A stretch of DNA of 64,000 bases, taken from Candidatus Nanohaloarchaea archaeon. GTDB taxonomy: Archaea; Nanohalarchaeota; Nanosalinia; Nanosalinales; Nanosalinaceae. Every line of letters starts with the position of its first letter. The first letter of the stretch is position 1. Below are positions 56,332 through 64,000 of this stretch, piece after piece. Below the pieces are notes generated by a model, which was not told the DNA's origin, searched no databases, and saw only the letters and a list, made by a program, of their open reading frames with translations. The DNA is taken from positions 640,001 to 704,000 of the forward strand of contig CP046106.1 of assembly GCA_013343275.1 (NCBI GenBank). The letters are read 5' to 3'. The translations under genes and the position numbers were made by a program.

Positions 56332-59019
56332 ATGACGAACTGGCACAGCAAAAAACTGGATGAAGTTGTACAGAAGCTCGATACCAGCACAGAGGAAGGC
56401 CTTGCTTCTGAAGAAGCAGAAAAAAGGCTTGAAGAGGAAGGAGCTAACGAGATCGAGAAGGGGGAGGAAGTTCATCCTCTTGAAATATTTCTGGGCCAGT
56501 TCAAGGACTTCCTGATCTACCTGCTTTTCTTCGCAGCCATAGTATCTATTGCAATAGGTTTCTTCCCAGGCCACGAGCCCGAATATGTAAATGCTGCGCT
56601 CATACTGATTATTGTTTTCCTGACCGGGATCTTCGGGTTCTTCCAGGATTACAAGGCCGAGAAATCTATAGAGGCCTTGAAGGAGCTTTCGAAGCCCGAT
56701 ATTACTGTTTTGAGAGATGGAAAGAAGATCGAGGTAAGTTCCTCAGACATTGTTCCCGGCGATGTAATAATACTGAATCAGGGCGACTCTATACCTGCGG
56801 ACGCACGTCTGGTTGAGTCAGAGAGTCTTTACACAGATGAGTCGGCGTTGACCGGTGAGAGCGAGAACGTCTCCAAGTCACCTGGAGAAGTTGAAGAGGA
56901 TTCAACGGTAGCTGAGCGCTCCAACATGGTTTTCAAGAATACTTCTGTTGTCAAAGGTCGTGGAAAAGCCGTGGTTGTCGAGACAGGAATGAATACAGAG
57001 GTAGGAGATATTGCAGAGCAGCTGCAGGGATCAGAAGATGAGAAAACAGATTTCCAGAAGGAAGTCGACGAGATGGGGCGGAAGATAGGTTACGGAATTG
57101 TCGCGGTAATACTGATGGTGGCCGTAGTCGAGTTCTCATTTACTTCCGCCTCTATTGTCACTATATTCCTCATGGCTGTAAGCCTGGCCGTTGCAGCAGT
57201 GCCAGTAAGTTTACCAGCTGTAGTTACTCTTACACTAGCCCTAGGCTCACGTAAAATGCTGGAAAAAGATGCCCTGGTGCGCAGACTATCAGTTGTAGAA
57301 AGTCTAGGCTCTATAGATACTATTGTAACCGACAAAACCGGTACTCTGACCGAAGACCTGATGACTGTGGAAAAACTCTACTTCGGCAGCGAAGAGTTCG
57401 AAGTCACCGGTAGCGGAACAAGTATAGACGGCGAGTTCCACAAAGACGGTCACGGCACAGATGTAGACTACCTAACCCCTCTACTCAGGTGCGGCCTGGT
57501 ATGCAACAACGCAGAGAAAGCACCTGAAGAAGAGGAGAAAGACTACTATGGAGAACCGACTGAGATAGCACTACTCGTATCAGGACTGAAAGCAGGCCTG
57601 AACCCTGATGTAGAGAGGGAAAGAGAGATTCCTTTCTCATCTGATAGGAAGAGGATGACAGTAGTAACCGGCGAAAACGAGGCCTACATGAAGGGGGCTC
57701 CGGAAACTGTCCTGGAGAGATGCGACAGGTTCTGGGACGGAGAGAAAGAAGTCGAGATGACTGACGATTTAAGACAGGAGATAAAGGATAAGAACAATGA
57801 AATGGCCTCCAGCGCTTTGAGAGTTCTCGGATTCGCAAAGAAAGATGTCCAAGATGTAGACGCGGACAGCGAAGAAGTGGAATCCAACATGGTCTTCCTC
57901 GGCCTTCAGGGTATGATCGATCCTCCACGGCAGGAAGTTGGAGAGGCCGTTCAGGACTGTAGAGAGGCAGGCATCCATGTTACCATGGCTACCGGTGATC
58001 GCGCGGAGACTGCACAGGCTATCGGAGAAGAGATAGGATTTAACGCAGACAGAGTGGTAACAGGTCAGGAGATAGAGGAGATGAGCGATGAGGAACTCCA
58101 GGAAGAAGTGAAGGAGACCGAGATATTCGCACGGGTTGAACCCCGACACAAGGTAATGATACTCGAAGCGCTAGAAGATAATGGCCGGAAAGTCGCAATG
58201 ACCGGAGATGGAGTAAATGACGCACCGGCACTGAAGAAATCCTCTGTAGGAATCGCAATGGGTAAGAGAGGAACCGATGTCGCCAAGCAATCATCCGACA
58301 TGGTTTTACAGGACGACAACTTTGTAACTATACGAGATGCTATCGCAGAGGGTCGCGGAATATTCGATAACATCAGAAAGTTCGTGAACTACCTGCTCTC
58401 AGCTAACGCAGGAGAAGTGCTGACAGTTTTCTTTGGAATACTGCTAGGAGCAATGTTCTTCCCTTCACTATTCCAGAACACCACCGAGGCCGTTATAATG
58501 ACACCTATCATGCTTATATGGTTCAACTTTGTTACTGATGGCCTTCCAGCTCTTGCTATAGGCTCTGACGATAAGTCAGAAGGTATAATGAACCGAAAGC
58601 CTAGAGGTACTGATGAACCAGTTATCAACAAAAGAATGGTAGCCTCTATGGTAGGGATAGGTATAATCATGGCAGCCACAGGCCTTACACTGTTCTTCTC
58701 CAGAATTGAGGCCGGATACAGCCTGGCAGGAGCGCAGACTATGCTCTTCACATTCTTCGTAATGATCGAGCTTGTGAGAATTCAGACTATCAGACAGCGC
58801 TACGAGCAGTCCTTCCTCTCCAACAGATGGCTGGTTGCTGCTATCGGATCATCTATCCTGCTACAGCTGATGGTAATCTACACTCCTCTGCACAAGTACT
58901 TCGAAGTTACACCGCTCGGAGTTCCTGAGTGGGCTGCAATTGGCGGAGCAGTTACCGCCTTCGTAGTCTTCACCCTAGGCATGATCAATCTGTACGACCG
59001 GGTCTTCCCCGAAGAGTAA
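56332..59019 (+). CDS. Cation-transporting P-type ATPase (type II, Ca2+-like)
   Basis: TGES, DKTGTLT, KGAPE, GDGVNDAP; TM4 reads PVSLP rather than PEGLP. Confidence 0.93.
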   Translation: MTNWHSKKLDEVVQKLDTSTEEGLASEEAEKRLEEEGANEIEKGEEVHPLEIFLGQFKDFLIYLLFFAAIVSIAIGFFPGHEPEYVNAALILIIVFLTGIFGFFQDYKAEKSIEALKELSKPDITVLRDGKKIEVSSSDIVPGDVIILNQGDSIPADARLVESESLYTDESALTGESENVSKSPGEVEEDSTVAERSNMVFKNTSVVKGRGKAVVVETGMNTEVGDIAEQLQGSEDEKTDFQKEVDEMGRKIGYGIVAVILMVAVVEFSFTSASIVTIFLMAVSLAVAAVPVSLPAVVTLTLALGSRKMLEKDALVRRLSVVESLGSIDTIVTDKTGTLTEDLMTVEKLYFGSEEFEVTGSGTSIDGEFHKDGHGTDVDYLTPLLRCGLVCNNAEKAPEEEEKDYYGEPTEIALLVSGLKAGLNPDVEREREIPFSSDRKRMTVVTGENEAYMKGAPETVLERCDRFWDGEKEVEMTDDLRQEIKDKNNEMASSALRVLGFAKKDVQDVDADSEEVESNMVFLGLQGMIDPPRQEVGEAVQDCREAGIHVTMATGDRAETAQAIGEEIGFNADRVVTGQEIEEMSDEELQEEVKETEIFARVEPRHKVMILEALEDNGRKVAMTGDGVNDAPALKKSSVGIAMGKRGTDVAKQSSDMVLQDDNFVTIRDAIAEGRGIFDNIRKFVNYLLSANAGEVLTVFFGILLGAMFFPSLFQNTTEAVIMTPIMLIWFNFVTDGLPALAIGSDDKSEGIMNRKPRGTDEPVINKRMVASMVGIGIIMAATGLTLFFSRIEAGYSLAGAQTMLFTFFVMIELVRIQTIRQRYEQSFLSNRWLVAAIGSSILLQLMVIYTPLHKYFEVTPLGVPEWAAIGGAVTAFVVFTLGMINLYDRVFPEE

Positions 59020-59073
59020 CATAGATCCACTTCTTTAGTAGGGTTTAAAACCGAGCGTTTCAAAGCTACAGTT

Positions 59074-59241
59074 ATGTCTCTGCTAGGAAGTTCAGAGGAA
59101 GAATGTTATGTCTGTGGCAAGGAATTAGGAGATGACGCCATAGAGGAAGACGGGAAGAAGTTCTGTTGTGAGGACTGCAAACAGCAGTACGAGGACGAGG
59201 AAAAATCCGATGATAAAGAAGAAATCTGTCAGTTCTGCTGA
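59074..59241 (+). CDS. Small Cys-rich TRASH/metallothionein-like protein (55 aa; not in ORF track)
   Basis: MSLLGSSEEECYVCG...KFCCEDC...ICQFC; TTTAAAA box upstream. Confidence 0.8.
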   Translation: MSLLGSSEEECYVCGKELGDDAIEEDGKKFCCEDCKQQYEDEEKSDDKEEICQFC

Positions 59242-59244
59242 AAG

Positions 59245-60135
59245 ATGAACGTCCTCAGGAGAACACTTTACTCATTCCCGGTAGCTTTTGTCCTTACAGC
59301 AGCAGCTATAAAGTATTATCCGGAAACCAGCTTCACAGCATACTCTACCAAACTTATAGGCCTTGGTTTTATCGCCACACTGGCCCTCGGATCGATAGCT
59401 TTCTACAGAGAAGACGATTTGACTATGCACGACAAGAACGTGCTGATGAATGCTTTTCTTGTAGCAATACTTGTTCCAAGCCTCTATACAGCGGGAGCGT
59501 TCCTGCATGAAAGCCAGACATCCTGGAGTGGCGGAGAGATCCATTATCACGCAGACTACGAGGTAATAGTCAATACCAGCGGGAACCTACATACTCTTGA
59601 CCTTGTAGATCCTACAAACTACTGCAGTAGCGCAACCACACAGTCAACTCTTATGTGCAAGCTGAACGACAGAACAGGAATTACAAAGTACCACGAGCAC
59701 AACGATAACCGTATACACCTGGAAGGGATATTCAAAGAAAGAGAGGATGCTACACTGGCCGCTTACTTCGAAACATTCCACGGAGAGCTCTCAAACACAC
59801 GAATGGTATATCCAACCAACAACAGAACGGTAGAAGTAACTGAGAACGCAGATAAGAACCTGAAAATAATAGTAAACAGAGGAACAGGCGGGAGCAGGCA
59901 CTGGTGTATAGTAGGAGATCAGGCCTCCAAAGAAAACACCTGTGTAAATCCTTACACCGGAGAACTTGCAACATCTCCTTCAGAATACATAATTTCACCG
60001 CACAAGAAAGGGCCTAGCCTGGACGATATATTCATTATCTACGATTCCAGTACCTCTGAACAGGCACTGGAAGACCTCCAGGAAGATGGAAAATACCAGA
60101 GTATAGGCCTGAGCAAGGAGGGTGAAGGTTTCTAA
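59245..60135 (+). CDS. Membrane protein with extracellular HxH motifs
   Basis: Three TM segments, IHYHAD, YHEHNDNRIHLEG. Confidence 0.75.
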   Translation: MNVLRRTLYSFPVAFVLTAAAIKYYPETSFTAYSTKLIGLGFIATLALGSIAFYREDDLTMHDKNVLMNAFLVAILVPSLYTAGAFLHESQTSWSGGEIHYHADYEVIVNTSGNLHTLDLVDPTNYCSSATTQSTLMCKLNDRTGITKYHEHNDNRIHLEGIFKEREDATLAAYFETFHGELSNTRMVYPTNNRTVEVTENADKNLKIIVNRGTGGSRHWCIVGDQASKENTCVNPYTGELATSPSEYIISPHKKGPSLDDIFIIYDSSTSEQALEDLQEDGKYQSIGLSKEGEGF

Positions 60136-60899
60136 TGGTAACGGCAACACTTCCAACGCTGGGCGCAGTAATAGTTACTGCAGCAGTAGACTCGATAAAC
60201 CCATGTGCTATTGGAGTAGCTCTTCTACTTGTAGCCACTCTCGTCAAACAGGACAGGAGAAGCGAAATACTGAAAGTTGGCGCTATCTACATAACATTTG
60301 TATACCTGACATACCTGTTCGCAGGTCTCGGCATACTTTTCGGGCTAACCAGCGTTTCAACACAGGTAGCTAACTATATAACCGTGTTTGTATCGCTGAT
60401 AGTTATCACGGGAGGCATACTGGAGATTAAGGACTTCTTCTGGTACGGAGAAGGCAGCTCGCTAATGATACCAGAGCAGTACTCGGAGAAGATCGCCGAC
60501 AAGATGGAGAACATCACTACCCCAGCAGCAATCCTCCTGGGAATCTTTGTTGCCGCAGTAGAGCTTCCCTGCACAGGAGGCCCTTACCTCGCGATCCTGA
60601 CAGTTATCCATCAGACAATCGTGGCGCCTGCAACGGCCTCGACAGCAATGATGATCAATATCTTCGGATTCCACGTTCCACTGATTGCACTGGGATTGAT
60701 GGCGCTGTACAACCTGATCTTCGTAATGCCGTTAATCGTAATAGTGGTAATGTCCTACCTCGGAAGCTACAAGGTCAGCGAGATGAAAGAATGGAAACAC
60801 ATGAACAAAGCACGGATGAGAATGGCAGCAGGCCTTCTCATGGTATTCCTAGGCTGGATCCTGCTGCTTCTGGCAACAGGAACGGTCAGATTCGGATAA
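60135..60899 (+). CDS. CcdA/DsbD-like transmembrane thiol protein
   Basis: DSINPC and ELPCTGGPY. Confidence 0.82.
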   Translation: MVTATLPTLGAVIVTAAVDSINPCAIGVALLLVATLVKQDRRSEILKVGAIYITFVYLTYLFAGLGILFGLTSVSTQVANYITVFVSLIVITGGILEIKDFFWYGEGSSLMIPEQYSEKIADKMENITTPAAILLGIFVAAVELPCTGGPYLAILTVIHQTIVAPATASTAMMINIFGFHVPLIALGLMALYNLIFVMPLIVIVVMSYLGSYKVSEMKEWKHMNKARMRMAAGLLMVFLGWILLLLATGTVRFG

Positions 60900-60912
60900 G
60901 AGGCTGATAAAA

Positions 60913-61188
60913 ATGATCAAAGTCGCAAAAAGAGACGGAACGAAAGAAGAACTGGATGAAGGCAAGCTGTGGAACTCCCTGTACAATCCGGCGAAGGAGA
61001 ACCACTACCAGAAAGAAGAAGCCGTTGAACTGGCGGACGAGGCCAAGGAAAGACTGATGACGTGGATTACCGAGCATGAGGATAATGTAGTTACCACGAA
61101 AGAGTTAGCGGAGAAGGTAGAGGAAGTGCTGGCTAAGCTCGATGAAGACGTGGCCCTTATGTACGATAAACACCTGGATATCAACTAG
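60913..61188 (+). CDS. Stand-alone ATP-cone domain protein
   Basis: VAKRDGTKEELDEGKL. Confidence 0.82.
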   Translation: MIKVAKRDGTKEELDEGKLWNSLYNPAKENHYQKEEAVELADEAKERLMTWITEHEDNVVTTKELAEKVEEVLAKLDEDVALMYDKHLDIN

Positions 61189-61190
61189 CC

Positions 61191-61403
61191 TTAATTTTTC
61201 AATCTGTAATGTTTCTTTACACTGAGATAGATTCCTGCCACTGATATTGCTGCGCCTGTAGCAACAGCGGAAAGAATCCATGTATCAGCTGACACTCCGC
61301 TTAAAATACCGGAGGAGTGGCTTTCATGGGCGGAGTGTGCTGCAGCCGTCCCCGCCAGGTATAGACTGGAGAGGCCTGCGGAAAAGTTCTTCCTGTAGTT
61401 CAT
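61191..61403 (-). CDS. Small His-rich membrane protein
   Basis: Signal-like N-terminus, AHSAHESH, C-terminal TM. Confidence 0.55.
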   Translation of the reverse strand: MNYRKNFSAGLSSLYLAGTAAAHSAHESHSSGILSGVSADTWILSAVATGAAISVAGIYLSVKKHYRLKN

Positions 61404-61451
61404 AGGTCTTCTATAGTAAGTTTCTTTACAGTAGTTAAAAAATCAGGTGAG

Positions 61452-63869
61452 TTAGCTGAACCTGTCAAGGCCGCTCTGCTTGCCTTTCCCTTTCAGCTGG
61501 TCTTCTGTGTATCCGAACACCTTAAGAACACGTAGTGCAACAGGCAGGACCTGGTTGTCGACGTAGTACTCCGAGTCGTAGCTGTCCGCGTACTTCAGAA
61601 GTCTTGCGCGAGAGGAGATGCTTCCTCCTCCAGAGGTTATAACATAGGTGATGGTTGTCTCTGGCGGGATTTCGTCACCTCTCTTCTTGGCTTTCTTGGC
61701 AGCTTCTACGTGAGGAGCAGTCGAGCCGTACTCTTCGGGGGGCTTGGTTAGAGTAGTATAGATCTTCAGTTTCTCGATCGGCACTTCCCCGTCCTGAAGC
61801 CTGTCAATAGTGTCTTCCACTATCTCCACTGCTTTATCGACGTCATTCTCCAGTACTGCGCGGAGAACCTTCTTCTGAGTATCCTTGGCGATAGGACTCC
61901 AGTCCCGTCGAACCTGCTCGAAGCCTGTAATCTTCATACTGCCGTCTTCATCGATCAGTGCATACTTCTTCTTGGCGCCCTCTCCCGATTCTGTTGAGGT
62001 AAACAGGCCTCTACTGAAGAAACCTTCGAACTCCAGCTCCATGAACTCCGGCAGGTCATCGTTCACCTCATCCAGGAAGCCATCCATCCTTTCACGGATA
62101 TCCTCCCCCTTGAGGAATACCGAGTCAGTATCTCCATATACGACCTCTAAACCGAGTTCTTCGGCAGTATCGATGGTATCTTCGATATACTTCCGACCCA
62201 TAAACGTCGTGGCCTCCGCAGACTCTCTTGAATACCAGCGGGCGCCGTTATATCCTAGATAACCGTAGAAGGAGTTCGCCAGGATTTTCTCGGCCTGCTG
62301 CCGGTTGTAAAGGCTCTGGTACTCCGCGGTTCCTTCATCTTTCTCCTTCATCTCGCTCTTCAACTCGTACCGCTCTTCTACAAGGCCTTCGATCAGCTCG
62401 GGGAAGAAACCTTGTTCGTCCTGGCAGAAGTCGTAGTCAAACTCCTCCAGCGTAAATCTCTCACTGCATTCGTCGAGATTCAGTGTATCCGGAGAGATAT
62501 TGTGAGCTACCATCACCGTAGGGTACAGCGATCGGAAGTCGAACAACGCGATATTTTCATGCAGGCCCGACTCCGGCGTGTAAACAAATCCTCCTGCGTA
62601 GGCCCCTTCCTGTCTCCTGTCCTGTCTTTTCTGCTGTGAAGGCCTGTTAGGTGCAAGTATTTCTCTGCTGTATGCTTCTCTGAGCAGGAAGTTTTCTGTG
62701 AGCTGGCCGTAGGTAAGTCTGCAGGTGTCGAAAGGTATTGTACCAACCAGTTTTGAAAGCTCCATGATCTGTGGCACGATCTCGTCAGAGAGCTTCAGTG
62801 CGAGTTCAGAGTCTTTGAGGCAGTAGTCGGCGAACTTCTCGAGGTCTTCCTGGTTCTTCCATGAGTCTTTCATCTCCTCCCATGTCATCTCGTCCTTCTT
62901 CTCTCCAAGGAGCTCCTCCGCCACCGAATCCAGATCGAGATTCTCTGCATCCATTCCCGGAGAAAGCACATGGTCGACAAAAGGATACAGATCCAGGTGC
63001 GCCCTGCCTTTCAGACGGGCTGCTGAGAACCGGCCTCTCCTGTTAAACTTCATACGCTCGCCGTCTCTACCCAGGGCCAGAGTTACATTGTTCCTCTCCG
63101 CTGCATCTCTCAGCATGGAGAAATCGAACTCATCAGTGTTGTATCCAGTAAGTATATCTACGTCTTCCTCTCTTATTATCTCTACAAACCTGTTTAACAG
63201 CTCTTCTTCATCCTCTACATGTTCAACGAAAGACCTGTCAACCTCTGAAAGAGAAAGCACTTTCTGAAAGCCTTCTGACTTCATTGAGGTCATTATAATT
63301 CTCTCCTGATATACTTCGAGGTCGAAGGCCATGGTACTGTACTCCTGATCTCTTTCCTCTACCTCTGTGTCTACTTCATCAATATTGAGAGCCCTGTCGA
63401 ATTCTTCGGCCTCGACTTCCTCTCCTTCGAGTCTTACTGTTTTACCTGGCCGGATTCCTTCATCAATCAGGTATCTGCGGTAGAAAGGTATGTCGAACTC
63501 TCTGCATCTCTCTGTTTCCGGCAGGTCCCAGACCTGGTTCTTCAGTTTAGGTACGTTCGCCGGCACCGTAGTGTATATCTTTACGGCCTTTCTCTGCTCC
63601 TGACCTACTTCCCGCTCAACTATCTCAGTCTCCTCTACCGGAAGATAATCGCCATCATCTTCCCCGTCTTCCTTAAACTCCTGGCCTTCTATCTCATCCT
63701 CCAGTTCCTCGGCGTCCGCCTCCTCGGATGGGAGCGCATAGAAGTAAGGTCTGAAATCCCTGTCGTAACCTATAACATTGCTGTCGCCGGATTTGCAGAA
63801 CAGCCGGAGGTAGACTTCGTCGTTCTCCGTCCTGTAATCAATATCCAGTACCTGGGTTTCAATTTCCAT
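61452..63869 (-). CDS. polB: Family B DNA polymerase
   Basis: FDLE, YNTDEFD, DFRSLYP, KILANSFYGY, YGDTDS; no intein. Confidence 0.97.
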   Translation of the reverse strand: MEIETQVLDIDYRTENDEVYLRLFCKSGDSNVIGYDRDFRPYFYALPSEEADAEELEDEIEGQEFKEDGEDDGDYLPVEETEIVEREVGQEQRKAVKIYTTVPANVPKLKNQVWDLPETERCREFDIPFYRRYLIDEGIRPGKTVRLEGEEVEAEEFDRALNIDEVDTEVEERDQEYSTMAFDLEVYQERIIMTSMKSEGFQKVLSLSEVDRSFVEHVEDEEELLNRFVEIIREEDVDILTGYNTDEFDFSMLRDAAERNNVTLALGRDGERMKFNRRGRFSAARLKGRAHLDLYPFVDHVLSPGMDAENLDLDSVAEELLGEKKDEMTWEEMKDSWKNQEDLEKFADYCLKDSELALKLSDEIVPQIMELSKLVGTIPFDTCRLTYGQLTENFLLREAYSREILAPNRPSQQKRQDRRQEGAYAGGFVYTPESGLHENIALFDFRSLYPTVMVAHNISPDTLNLDECSERFTLEEFDYDFCQDEQGFFPELIEGLVEERYELKSEMKEKDEGTAEYQSLYNRQQAEKILANSFYGYLGYNGARWYSRESAEATTFMGRKYIEDTIDTAEELGLEVVYGDTDSVFLKGEDIRERMDGFLDEVNDDLPEFMELEFEGFFSRGLFTSTESGEGAKKKYALIDEDGSMKITGFEQVRRDWSPIAKDTQKKVLRAVLENDVDKAVEIVEDTIDRLQDGEVPIEKLKIYTTLTKPPEEYGSTAPHVEAAKKAKKRGDEIPPETTITYVITSGGGSISSRARLLKYADSYDSEYYVDNQVLPVALRVLKVFGYTEDQLKGKGKQSGLDRFS

Positions 63870-64000
63870 ATACTGGTCTGCGGATCGAAAAATTAAGTAC
63901 CTGTCCAGCAGCAGCCTCTGAAAGAGGGATGTGTAATATCTCGTGAACAGGTTATCCTGGTTTTCGGGCCTGAAAATCAGGGTAGTTGTTGTTGCATAGG

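Noticed and set aside
61452-63869. Intein or inactivated polymerase
   Set aside because: Length is standard and all exonuclease and polymerase motifs are intact.
63870-64000. Open frame continuing upstream of the polB ATG
   Set aside because: No start codon within the window; MEIETQVLDIDY matches the usual PolB N-terminus with a TATA-like TTAATTTT upstream. Cannot be resolved at the window edge.

Overview
Gene-dense archaeal chromosome segment with a strongly acidic (D/E-rich) proteome, moderate GC, many overlapping start/stop codons and TATA-like boxes about 25-30 nt before start codons. Most consistent with a Nanohaloarchaeota (DPANN) genome; this is an inference, no search was run. Content: glycogen/upper glycolysis cluster (pgi, GT3 glycogen synthase, debranching enzyme, tpiA, ADP-dependent kinase, PGM), two MinD paralogs, ftsZ-secE-spt5-rpl11-rpl1-rpl10-rpl12, four aminoacyl-tRNA synthetases, topA, a chorismate-to-Phe/Tyr operon, radB, cdc48, pyruvate-to-acetate genes (malic enzyme, PDH, ACD), a P-type ATPase, a metal/thiol operon and polB. 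No rRNA, tRNA, CRISPR array or transposase was recognised. Most unusual signals: (1) homologous leaders in front of tyrS and serS encode a peptide MKGGRx followed by the cognate amino acid (Tyr or Ser), suggesting tRNA-charging-responsive attenuation; (2) a family of about 53-nt double-hairpin GAA...TTC elements with compensatory changes sits at gene junctions and creates bridging mini-ORFs; (3) the palindrome AGGCCT is roughly tenfold over-represented; (4) a helically phased T(A/G)AAC array lies next to a membrane-anchored HTH regulator.
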